64,000 nucleotides of DNA from contig JBGSSW010000004.1 in the NCBI GenBank assembly GCA_041736805.1, positions 51,843 through 115,842 on the forward strand. Direction: 5' to 3'. The translations under genes were made by a program, and so were the position numbers. The notes under the pieces were generated by a model. It was not told the origin of the DNA and did not search any database. It saw nothing but the letters and a program-made list of their open reading frames with translations. The stretch comes from Minisyncoccia bacterium. GTDB taxonomy: Bacteria; Patescibacteriota; Minisyncoccia; Phycocordibacterales; UBA918. Shown one piece after another: positions 10,513 through 18,978 of this stretch (positions are counted from its first letter, which is position 1; each line of letters opens with the position of its first letter).

Positions 10513-11535
10513 ATGAAAATTAAACTAACTAAAACATACTTACTTATCGTAGTTTTTATACTCACCAGCACTCCATTTAACTTGACTTTGGCAGCAAACT
10601 TTTCAGTATCTCCTTTAATAATCGATATAGAAACAGAAGCAAGAGATTCACTTTCTAAAACAATAACTTTGACCAGCCAGCAAAACAATTCACTCAGATT
10701 ATTTGCCTCCGTGCATGAAATTACACTTGGAGATGAGAGCGAAATTAAGTCTTTCGTTCCAGCCTCAATGAGTGACAGAACTACCTCTCCGACAAGTTGG
10801 ATACAAGTCAGTCGAGCAAGAATTGACTTAAAAAGTGATGAAAAAAGAGAAATTCCAGTAACGATAAAAATAAATCCTAATACATTACCAGGTCTTTATC
10901 ACGCTTACATTGGTTTTGCTCCTGGCCCCAATCGGGATGTGGCGGAAGCAACAATTTTGGCTGGACAGGGAAGCGGCGTAGTAATCAGAATACTTGTAGG
11001 CGGCAAACAAGAAGAATTTTTAAGACTAGTTTCATTTAGAACCGATCGCTTTAGTTACAAGGATTCTAAAGGAGAAATTGTCTATGTTTTAGAAAATACT
11101 GGTGATGTGCCTTTGTCACCTAAAGGAGATATTATTATATATGACTCGCAAGGAAGAGAACTTACAACTCTAGAGTTGAATCAAGATGAAACCAAAGTCA
11201 TTAATCCAGGCGAAACCTTAGAGTACAGAGAAAATCTTCCTTTTATTAACCATATTGGTAAAAATAAGGCTTTTTTATCACTGGATTACGGAAAAGAAAA
11301 TAGAGCTTCTGTTTATGACACTAATTTTTACTATTCAATCCCATGGTTATATATGCTAGTAATAATGTTATTATTAGCAACGGTTCTTACGGTTTTAATT
11401 ATATTATTCAGACGCAGCACGTCAGAAAGAGAATTAACTGAACCAGAAGCGTATGACTTACCTTTATATGTTAGAGACAACAAGGACCACAGCGAATACG
11501 AACATGATATTGACCTTAAGAAAAAAGATTCTTAA
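10513..11535 (+). CDS. cell-surface protein, DUF916/DUF3324-like (CscA-like of Gram-positive WxL loci), signal peptide plus C-terminal TM anchor
   Basis: Signal peptide (IVVFILTSTPFNLTLA). Two beta-rich domains with DUF916/DUF3324-like composition. C-terminal TM (WLYMLVIMLLLATVLTVLIILFRR) and short basic tail. Immediately follows the giant adhesin-like gene. Confidence 0.45.
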   Translation: MKIKLTKTYLLIVVFILTSTPFNLTLAANFSVSPLIIDIETEARDSLSKTITLTSQQNNSLRLFASVHEITLGDESEIKSFVPASMSDRTTSPTSWIQVSRARIDLKSDEKREIPVTIKINPNTLPGLYHAYIGFAPGPNRDVAEATILAGQGSGVVIRILVGGKQEEFLRLVSFRTDRFSYKDSKGEIVYVLENTGDVPLSPKGDIIIYDSQGRELTTLELNQDETKVINPGETLEYRENLPFINHIGKNKAFLSLDYGKENRASVYDTNFYYSIPWLYMLVIMLLLATVLTVLIILFRRSTSERELTEPEAYDLPLYVRDNKDHSEYEHDIDLKKKDS

Positions 11536-13150
11536 TACCACGTACCTAGTCCTACTGGTTTTACTGATTTCAATTTCATCAACCAGTAATGTTCAAGCGC
11601 AAGAAGCGTTAACCTTAAGTATTTCTCCGTCAATTTTTGACATGTCGGCCAATCCGGGACAAGAATGGCGTAGCTCGATCAGAGTTATCAATGTAAACAA
11701 ATACGAACTAACGGTTTATTTAGATGTTGTGAATTTTTTACCACAAGGGGAAAGTGGAGGCGGTAAATTCATTTCAACTTTAGAAGGAGAACAAAATGGT
11801 TCCACTATTGCCGAATGGTTTACAATCAGTAAGGAACCTGTCACAATTTTACCTGAACAATCGGTAGAGATTCCCTTTTCGGTGAACGTTCCACTTGACT
11901 CAACGCCTGGCGGGCACTTTGCTGCCATTTTGGTTGGGACAAAACCTACGGCCACAGAAAATGGACAATCAAGAGTACAAACATCACAGATGGTGACATC
12001 TCTATTTTTTGCTCGAGTAGCCGGTGATGTTATTGAGTCAGGAACAATACGTGAATTCATTACTACTAAAAAATATTTAAACTCACCTGAAGCAACTTTT
12101 GAACTGCGTTTTGAAAACAAAGGTAATGTCCATTTAAAACCACAAGGCGATATAAGAATTACAAATATGTGGGGAGAAGAAAGGGGAGTTATTCCTATAA
12201 ACCAAAATTCTAATTTCGGAAATGTTCTCCCTGACACAGTTAGAAAATTTATTTTTACCTGGAAAGGTGAATGGTCGATATCTGACATTGGCCGTTACAC
12301 TGCTATAGCAACTTTAGCATATGGTTCAGATGGTAGACAATTTACCAACTCAAGAACAAGTTTCTGGGTAATTCCTTATAAACTTATACTTGGGGTCCTT
12401 CTAGGGTTGGCCATTTTTGTATCTATAGTATCTTGGCTAATACGTTTGTATATTAGACACATGCTTATTATGGCGGGTATAGATGTAAATGAATTTAAAA
12501 ACTCAAAACAGACAAATACTTTAGCAATGCGTTATAGAAAGCATCAAAAAATTAAGTTGCATAGTTCTATAAAAGTAGCCTACACAAATTTACAACAGCA
12601 TGTTTTACAAGCTAAAGGTTTATCAAATAAATATAAAGCCGCTTTTAATTATATTTTCCAGTACAAGTTACTGATAATTGCCATTGTATTAATAGTTGCG
12701 ATGATAATTCTTTTAGTTGTATATGTAATAAATGCTAATACCTCATATCGTAGCTATGAGGTTGCTTATGTAAATTCGGACGAGACTGTTACTCTAACTT
12801 CAGAGGATATTATTTACAATAAATTAATAGTCGAAAGGGGATTGCAAGAAGTTGAAATCAATCCGAACTTACCAAAGTTAAAAATTATTAATCGAAGCGG
12901 AAAACCGGGAGTAGGAGCTGAGACAAGAATAAAGTTAGAAACTAAAGGGTATCAAGTAATTAGCTTAGCGGCCGACTTTAGTTCCCCTCAAGTTAGAACG
13001 GTAATAGTTTATCCAACTGATGATGAAAAAGAGGCTTTGAAATTAAGCCCTAGAATAGGAAATGCTCTACTTTCAGTTGATACTGAGCCAAGTAATTCAG
13101 AAGTAAATACAATTACAATCTATATTGGAAGTGATATGGCAACGAATTAG
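11504..13150 (+). CDS. second DUF916/DUF3324-like surface protein, fused through two TM helices to a C-terminal LytR_C (LytR/CpsA/Psr C-terminal) domain
   Basis: ORF track 11453..13150; I start it at the internal ATG 11504, which begins a signal peptide (MILTLRKKILNTTYLVLLVLLISISSTSNVQA). TM at ~GVLLGLAIFVSIVSWLI and a second at ~LLIIAIVLIVAMIILLVVYVI. C-terminus KLKIINRSGKPGVGAETRIKLETKGYQVISLAADFSSPQVRTVIVYP...ITIYIGSDMA matches the LytR_C consensus. Confidence 0.5.
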   Translation: MILTLRKKILNTTYLVLLVLLISISSTSNVQAQEALTLSISPSIFDMSANPGQEWRSSIRVINVNKYELTVYLDVVNFLPQGESGGGKFISTLEGEQNGSTIAEWFTISKEPVTILPEQSVEIPFSVNVPLDSTPGGHFAAILVGTKPTATENGQSRVQTSQMVTSLFFARVAGDVIESGTIREFITTKKYLNSPEATFELRFENKGNVHLKPQGDIRITNMWGEERGVIPINQNSNFGNVLPDTVRKFIFTWKGEWSISDIGRYTAIATLAYGSDGRQFTNSRTSFWVIPYKLILGVLLGLAIFVSIVSWLIRLYIRHMLIMAGIDVNEFKNSKQTNTLAMRYRKHQKIKLHSSIKVAYTNLQQHVLQAKGLSNKYKAAFNYIFQYKLLIIAIVLIVAMIILLVVYVINANTSYRSYEVAYVNSDETVTLTSEDIIYNKLIVERGLQEVEINPNLPKLKIINRSGKPGVGAETRIKLETKGYQVISLAADFSSPQVRTVIVYPTDDEKEALKLSPRIGNALLSVDTEPSNSEVNTITIYIGSDMATN

Positions 13151-13196
13151 GTGTATAATTATTAGACAACTTAACTTACAATTTTAAATTTAAACT

Positions 13197-13667
13197 ATGG
13201 ATAAAAAGTCAATTGGTCTGGTAATTACACTGTTTATATTAGTTGTTTTAGGTATGTTTATTTTTGCTTATCTAAAAAAAGCTGAAGTGACAAATGAAGC
13301 ACCCTTAGTTGAAGAAAGAGTTCTCCCTTACGCCGACATTACTATGATTGATTCAAAACACTATTTTATAGATGGCGTTCACACTTTTGTTGGCGAGATT
13401 GTTATGCCGACACCTTGTGATCTACTGGAAGTAACTTCCAGTGTAGCTGAGTCATATCCAGAACAAATTAAATTAGATTTCAATGTAATTAACAATTCAG
13501 ATGCGTGTGCCCAAATTTTAACTGCCCAGAGATTTAGTGTTACAGCAATTGCTTCCGAAAATGCTCAGGTGTCCGCAACTTTTATGGGTAGAAACATAAA
13601 TTTAAATCTTATTCCAGCCGGAGAAGATGAAACGCCAGATGAGTTTGAACTTTATATCAAAGGATAA
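13197..13667 (+). CDS. hypothetical membrane-anchored protein
   Basis: ATG at 13197. Single N-terminal TM (IGLVITLFILVVLGMFIFAYL). No recognised motif. Confidence 0.4.
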   Translation: MDKKSIGLVITLFILVVLGMFIFAYLKKAEVTNEAPLVEERVLPYADITMIDSKHYFIDGVHTFVGEIVMPTPCDLLEVTSSVAESYPEQIKLDFNVINNSDACAQILTAQRFSVTAIASENAQVSATFMGRNINLNLIPAGEDETPDEFELYIKG

Positions 13668-13678
13668 CAATCGTAGTA

Positions 13679-14224
13679 ATGATAAAACATAATTTAAAAG
13701 TTATATTTGTATTGATCTTTGTCTTGATAATTGCTTTGTCACTAACTATTTGGCTTAAAAATCAAAATAGCCAAGAAATACTTAAAGATACAGTAGCGAC
13801 ATTTTCAAACGAACCAGGTGAATTACCTTACACAGATTTAGTTGGCAATCCTGTTTCACTTGATAAGTATTTAGGCAAAGTACTTGTTGTCCAAACTTGG
13901 GCTAGTTGGTCCCCGTTTACACAAACTGATATGGAAGTACTTGATGAACTAGCGAAACCATACTCTCCTGAAAAAGTGGTATTTTTAGCAATTAATCGCA
14001 AAGAAACAAAGGAACAAGCAATGCGCTATCTAAGTACAGTCCCAAATATTGTTAATGTTGTTATTATTCTTGATCCAAGAGACAGGTTTTATTCTGCCGT
14101 TGGTGGTTATGCCATGCCAGAAACAGTTATATACAACCAGAAAGGTGAAATAGTAAGACATCTCAGAGGTCAAGCGTCAGCAGAAGAAATAAGTACAACT
14201 TTAAACGAAATAACTATTAATTAA
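13679..14224 (+). CDS. TlpA/redoxin-like thioredoxin-fold protein with the CxxC motif replaced by SPFT (probably redox-inactive)
   Basis: N-terminal TM. The stretch LGKVLVVQTWASWSPFT aligns to the redoxin consensus ...VNFWASWCxPC...; both cysteines are substituted. Confidence 0.5.
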   Translation: MIKHNLKVIFVLIFVLIIALSLTIWLKNQNSQEILKDTVATFSNEPGELPYTDLVGNPVSLDKYLGKVLVVQTWASWSPFTQTDMEVLDELAKPYSPEKVVFLAINRKETKEQAMRYLSTVPNIVNVVIILDPRDRFYSAVGGYAMPETVIYNQKGEIVRHLRGQASAEEISTTLNEITIN

Positions 14225-14298
14225 ACTATTGTTTGAGTGCTATAGGTTGGGTATATTACCTAGATCTTTCTGGGTTTACTTGTTATAGTTAAGGCAAT

Positions 14299-15339
14299 AT
14301 GACTATCAGTCGAATTGTTGAATACGTTTTCTTTTTTCTTTTGTTAGTCGGTTCTGGCTACTTGGTATGGAAGGTTCTTTCACCATTTATTGGGGCCCTA
14401 GCGCTTTCCATAGTTATTGTAACTATTTGCTACCCTCTTTACGAAAAGTTTTTAAAAATTTCCTACAAGAAAAGTCCTACAATCGCCGCTGGATTAAGTA
14501 CTTTGACTGTAGTTTGTGTCGTCGTTCTTCCCCTAGTGCTAATTTCTTCATTATTTGTAAAGGAATTGGCCAGTTTTTACCAGACGCTAAATACTGGACA
14601 GGAACTTGCAATAGAAAAGTACATTTTAAACATAGAGCCTGCAATTCAAAAATATATACCATCTTTTCAAATTAACTTTACTGACCAAATAAGACAAGGT
14701 GCTGAATGGTTAGTTAAAAATATTGGGGCCATCTTCGCCGGTACAGTTTCGACAATATTTATAATTTTTGTATCGCTAATTGGTTCATTTTACTTTTTTA
14801 AAGATGGTCGTGAGTTTGTTAAGTTGGCAATAAAAGTCAGTCCATTACCTGACCGAGAAGATGAATTAATTATATCTCGTTTGGCACGAGCAGTTAGGAC
14901 TGTGGCGACTGGAGTAGTATTAGTATCACTTATTCAAGGTACTTTAGCAGCTATTGGATTTGCCATATTCGGTGTAGAAAGGGCTGTGCTTTGGGGAGCA
15001 GTAGGAGCTATACTTTCCTTAATTCCAGGTCTAGGGACAATTACTGTTATGATTCCTGGAATTATATACCTATTTTTTACAAGTACTCTTTTTAATACAA
15101 TTGGCTTAGCTATTTGGACCATACTCATTGTCATTTTCGTTGACAATATTTTATCACCAAAATTAATGAGTCGAGGCAATAATCTTCATCCTTTCATCAT
15201 GCTTATATCTGTTTTGGGAGGAGTATCAGCCTTTGGTCCAATTGGGTTTATTATTGGCCCGGTAATAGTTACTCTTTTTGTTGTATTACTAGAAGTTTAC
15301 AATCAGTATATAGTTAAGGCTAAGAAACAAGACCGTTAG
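14299..15339 (+). CDS. AI-2E family transporter-like polytopic membrane protein (UPF0118/PerM-like)
   Basis: 346 aa with about 8 predicted TM helices. Size and topology fit AI-2E family permeases; no sharper motif. Confidence 0.45.
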   Translation: MTISRIVEYVFFFLLLVGSGYLVWKVLSPFIGALALSIVIVTICYPLYEKFLKISYKKSPTIAAGLSTLTVVCVVVLPLVLISSLFVKELASFYQTLNTGQELAIEKYILNIEPAIQKYIPSFQINFTDQIRQGAEWLVKNIGAIFAGTVSTIFIIFVSLIGSFYFFKDGREFVKLAIKVSPLPDREDELIISRLARAVRTVATGVVLVSLIQGTLAAIGFAIFGVERAVLWGAVGAILSLIPGLGTITVMIPGIIYLFFTSTLFNTIGLAIWTILIVIFVDNILSPKLMSRGNNLHPFIMLISVLGGVSAFGPIGFIIGPVIVTLFVVLLEVYNQYIVKAKKQDR

Positions 15340-15340
15340 T

Positions 15341-15766
15341 ATGATAGCCAAAAAAGACATTGAGACCATTCTTAAAATAAATGGAGTTTCACCGACTGCT
15401 GCAGACGAAGAAATTCGCTCGGTTTTAATGAGCGCGAAATACGATAATGATGAAATTAACACTGCCATTATGGTACTTAGAGAAAACTCTTCCACTCATG
15501 TGACAAGAGTCAGTAGTTTGCATAAAATTTTTACTAGTGATTCTTCACTAAAACCAAGTGAAATTTCTTCATTATTGGGAATTAATGTCGATATTGAAGA
15601 ATTAAAATTTAGAAGAAGTCGCTCACAGGGCCGAGATTTGACAAAAATTCAGATGCTAATAATTGTAACGATTACTATAATTCTAGCACTCTCGGGCACT
15701 TTTTTTGCAATGTACTACAATAAAGTAGGTATATTTCACGCAAGCGCCTCTACCTTTACACGCTAG
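15341..15766 (+). CDS. hypothetical protein with C-terminal TM helix
   Basis: ATG at 15341 directly after the previous stop. C-terminal hydrophobic segment LIIVTITIILALSGTFFAMYY. Confidence 0.35.
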   Translation: MIAKKDIETILKINGVSPTAADEEIRSVLMSAKYDNDEINTAIMVLRENSSTHVTRVSSLHKIFTSDSSLKPSEISSLLGINVDIEELKFRRSRSQGRDLTKIQMLIIVTITIILALSGTFFAMYYNKVGIFHASASTFTR

Positions 15767-15771
15767 GATTC

Positions 15772-16899
15772 ATGAAAAAGCCGTTAATCATCCTTTTTGA
15801 AATATTAGGCCTTGCGTTAGTGTTTTCACTGGTTTACTTTTACCTTTCAAGTTCAATTTATTCTATAGCAGCTAAAAATAACGTTGTGTTAATGCCAAAT
15901 TTCGAATTTGGAAATATAGACTCAAGGTTTGTAAATAATGAATCAAATGATGAAGCCAGTAAGAATTCCATCTTTTTTGTTGGTGATATTATGCTCACTC
16001 GAGATGTGGAAGAATACGTCTTAGATAATGGGTTTGATTATCCGTATCGGAAGTTGAGTTTTATAGATCAAAATTCATACGTAATAGCAAATTTTGAAGC
16101 TTCGATTCCTATTCGACATGTTCATGTTCCAGTAAATACTTTTAAGTTTTCAGTAAACCCAGACTTTATTCCAGCACTAAAATCAGCAGGCTTCACGCAT
16201 CTTTCTTTAGCAAATAATCACTCTTTCGACTTTGGATTGTCTGGATATAACAATACCGTAACAACACTTTGGAATAATGATATCGTGCCTTTTGGACACC
16301 CATCTATATTAGCTTCGACCTCTGTTTCTTTCTTAAATCTCAGTGGTGGTCTTACGGCGTCAATAATTGCTATTCATACACTCTATGTAGAACCCACAGA
16401 ACTAAAAATTAGAGAAATACTAAATTACGCAAGTGAGAATAGTGATGTGCAAATTGTTTTTATACATTGGGGTGAGGAATATAAAGATATTCAAATTAAT
16501 CAGCAACGTAAATTTGCAACCATATTAGCAAATGCCGGAGCTGATGTAGTAATTGGACACCATCCGCATGTTACTCAAGGAATTGAACTTATAGACAATA
16601 CAATTGTTTTCTACTCTCTCGGGAATTTCATTTTTGATCAGTACTTCTCTGATAATGTACAAAATGGTTTAGTTTTGAAATTAGGTTTAAAAAACCATTT
16701 AGAAATAGGCCTATTGCCATTTACTAGCTTAGTAAATAGAGCTCAACCTGAACCAATGGTTGCCGAGAAAAGAACTGAATTTTTAAGTGCTTTAGCCGAA
16801 AAAAGTACCTTAAGTTTAAGTGAGCAGATAAAATCCGGCAATATTTTTCTAAGTTTTGCTATTGCAACTTCTGCAGAAGAAGTTATTATGACTGAATAA
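15772..16899 (+). CDS. CapA-family metallophosphoesterase (poly-gamma-glutamate synthesis CapA/PgsA-like)
   Basis: Motifs [64 protein letters not shown]-terminal TM. Confidence 0.7.
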   Translation: MKKPLIILFEILGLALVFSLVYFYLSSSIYSIAAKNNVVLMPNFEFGNIDSRFVNNESNDEASKNSIFFVGDIMLTRDVEEYVLDNGFDYPYRKLSFIDQNSYVIANFEASIPIRHVHVPVNTFKFSVNPDFIPALKSAGFTHLSLANNHSFDFGLSGYNNTVTTLWNNDIVPFGHPSILASTSVSFLNLSGGLTASIIAIHTLYVEPTELKIREILNYASENSDVQIVFIHWGEEYKDIQINQQRKFATILANAGADVVIGHHPHVTQGIELIDNTIVFYSLGNFIFDQYFSDNVQNGLVLKLGLKNHLEIGLLPFTSLVNRAQPEPMVAEKRTEFLSALAEKSTLSLSEQIKSGNIFLSFAIATSAEEVIMTE

Positions 16900-16909
16900 A
16901 TTTAAATAT

Positions 16910-17455
16910 ATGTTGAGTAAATTTGAAATTGTTTGTATTGGATTAAGTGTGTTATCGATGGCAGCAGCGCTGTATCTGGTAAGAATTGAAACCTCTTTCC
17001 TCGCTCTAACTCCAGCATCAACCCAAACAGCCCAATTAAACAATAATGGAATTATTGTAGTGGCAGACGGAGGTGATGTTAATAATCAAAGGACTGATGC
17101 ACTACAAAATGCAGCAGACGAGAAAGGTAATCTTAAAAGACTTGTGATAGAAGATATTCGTGTAGGTGAAGGGACTGAAGTGGCAAACGGGGACACCGTA
17201 GTGGTACATTACATTGGAACTTTGCAGAATGGAGTAGAGTTTGATAATTCAAACAAAAGAGGGGAACCCTTTACTTTTACCGTAGGAAAGGGCCAGGTAA
17301 TTAAGGGTTGGGAGCAAGGCCTTGTTGGTATGAAAATAGGTGGGCAAAGAATATTAGTTGTACCGCCTGACTTAGCCTACGGCAGTACGAGTATAGGACC
17401 AATTCCTGCTAATTCTACCCTCGTTTTTGTTATTGAATTACTTGAAATAAGATAA
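16910..17455 (+). CDS. FKBP-type peptidyl-prolyl cis-trans isomerase, membrane-anchored
   Basis: [21 protein letters not shown]...[41 protein letters not shown] is the canonical FKBP domain. Confidence 0.8.
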   Translation: MLSKFEIVCIGLSVLSMAAALYLVRIETSFLALTPASTQTAQLNNNGIIVVADGGDVNNQRTDALQNAADEKGNLKRLVIEDIRVGEGTEVANGDTVVVHYIGTLQNGVEFDNSNKRGEPFTFTVGKGQVIKGWEQGLVGMKIGGQRILVVPPDLAYGSTSIGPIPANSTLVFVIELLEIR

Positions 17456-17474
17456 GCAAGTATGTGCAATAAAT

Positions 17475-17505
17475 AAAACCTGCTTAGTGCAGGTTTTATT
17501 TATTT
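17475..17505 (+). terminator. rho-independent terminator after the FKBP gene
   Basis: AAAACCTGC-ttagt-GCAGGTTTT hairpin followed by ATTTATTT. Confidence 0.65.
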
Positions 17506-17547
17506 AAATCAAAGTAATTTGCTACACTTAATTTATACTTTTACTTT

Positions 17548-18786
17548 ATGTCAGAGCCCGTTACATTTACAATAAAGAAAAAATTATCAAACTCTCTGGC
17601 GCGAGTGGGAACTATCCATACCCCTCATGGTGATATTGAAACCCCAGCCTTTGTCACGGTAGGTACTAAAGGTACCATAAAGGGAGTAATGTCAGAGGAA
17701 ATGGAAAAGTACGTTGGTAATCAAGTAGCTTTAGCGAATACTTACCATCTATTTCTTCAGCCTGGTCACGAAGTTATTAAAGCCTCTGGAGGATTACATG
17801 AATTTGCTAATTGGCATTTGCCGACGATGACTGATTCTGGTGGATTTCAAGTTTTTTCACTAGGAGCCGCCTTTGGTAAAGGAGTTACAAAGTTCGCTAA
17901 AGGTGAAGCGGATGAAGAAGTGCTTAAACAACATCATGGTCTCAGTGTCTACTCACAAGAATTTGCTAGTGAACACGGCAAACTTTGTATTATTGATGAA
18001 GAAGGGGTGACTTTTACTTCACATATTGACGGCTCGATGCATCGCTTTACGGCAGAACGTTCGATTGAAATTCAGCAGGCGATAGGAGCTGATATTATTA
18101 TTGCTTTTGATGAATGTACTAGTCCAACAGCGGATTACCAGTATCAAAAAGAAGCTATGGACCGGACACATCGCTGGGCTAAACGTAGCGTAATGGCACA
18201 CAAGCAAAACTATGAAGCCATCAAGAAGCAGGGGCTTTACGGAGTAGTACAAGGTGGACGTTATACTGATTTGCGCCAAGAGAGCTCTAAAACTTTAGCT
18301 GCGATGGATTTTGCTGGCTTTGGCATCGGGGGTTCATTTTCCAAAGAGGATTTAGGTGACTCTCTAAAGGTGGTAAATGAAATTTTGCCTGAGGATAAAC
18401 CGCGACACTTACTGGGAATTGGGGAACCCGAAGATATTGTTGAAGGAATATTGCAAGGTTGTGATACCTTCGACTGCGTCGCTCCCACTAGGATAGGAAG
18501 GACTGGCACTATCTATGTTTATACCGGTAGGACTGTCACCAGTAAGTGTGGACGAATAGCATATCCAGAAACAACTAAAATAAATTTAAATAACGAAAAA
18601 TACAAAAACGACCACTCGCTACTAGATCCGTTTTCTGAAGGCCATGTTGCCACGACCTACACCAAAGCCTACCTTTCACATTTATTTCGAGCCAAAGAAA
18701 TGCTTGGACCGCAATTGGCTTCAATTCACAACCTACATTTTATTGTCAGTTTTACTAAGAAATTACGAGATCAATTATTAAAATAG
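17548..18786 (+). CDS. tgt: queuine tRNA-ribosyltransferase (tRNA-guanine transglycosylase) lacking the canonical Zn-binding CxCxxC motif
   Basis: Conserved LHTPHGDIETPAFVTVGTKGT, LANTYHL, MTDSGGFQVFSLG (catalytic Asp), LLGIGEPEDI...DTFDCVAPTR, YTKAYLSHLFRAKEMLG. The region that normally carries CxCxxC contains no Cys. Confidence 0.8.
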   Translation: MSEPVTFTIKKKLSNSLARVGTIHTPHGDIETPAFVTVGTKGTIKGVMSEEMEKYVGNQVALANTYHLFLQPGHEVIKASGGLHEFANWHLPTMTDSGGFQVFSLGAAFGKGVTKFAKGEADEEVLKQHHGLSVYSQEFASEHGKLCIIDEEGVTFTSHIDGSMHRFTAERSIEIQQAIGADIIIAFDECTSPTADYQYQKEAMDRTHRWAKRSVMAHKQNYEAIKKQGLYGVVQGGRYTDLRQESSKTLAAMDFAGFGIGGSFSKEDLGDSLKVVNEILPEDKPRHLLGIGEPEDIVEGILQGCDTFDCVAPTRIGRTGTIYVYTGRTVTSKCGRIAYPETTKINLNNEKYKNDHSLLDPFSEGHVATTYTKAYLSHLFRAKEMLGPQLASIHNLHFIVSFTKKLRDQLLK

Positions 18787-18789
18787 AAA

Positions 18790-18903
18790 CTCTCCGGAAC
18801 TCGTTGAGTTAACCGGCGAGGTGGGTGACAACCAGAAGGGGACAAGTGCGTCGTGCACGGACGACTACACACGGAGGGACGGAATTCTCCACTGGCTATC
18901 AGG
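18790..18903. other. GC-rich, stem-loop-rich ~115-nt element between tgt and uvrB; candidate structured small RNA, unassigned
   Basis: Sharp local GC rise in AT-rich DNA. Nested inverted repeats (CCGGAACTC..GAGTTAACCGG; GTCGTGCACGGACGAC). No ORF. An AT-rich promoter-like tract follows before uvrB. Confidence 0.25.
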
Positions 18904-18978
18904 TAAATCCATTAATAGAGTAGCATAAAGATCTTCTTTATCAACTATTATAAGAGTGCTATATTTAAACAATATTTT

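Noticed and set aside
14367-14675. Internal alternative-frame ORFs inside larger genes (e.g. 14367..14675 +, 14477..14662 -, 608..838 -, 1365..1667 -, 3620..4006 -, 11716..12288 -, 46124..46777 -)
   Set aside because: They lie entirely within, and mostly antisense to, well-supported longer coding sequences. They lack start context and have the composition expected of shadow ORFs.
18790-18903. GC-rich element considered as 5S rRNA, SRP (4.5S) RNA, tmRNA or a riboswitch
   Set aside because: It lacks the 5S loop-C and helix-I pairing. It has no GGAA-tetraloop/AGCAG SRP domain-IV motifs on either strand, is too short for tmRNA or RNase P, and lies upstream of uvrB, which has no known riboswitch. 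Kept only as an unassigned structured element.
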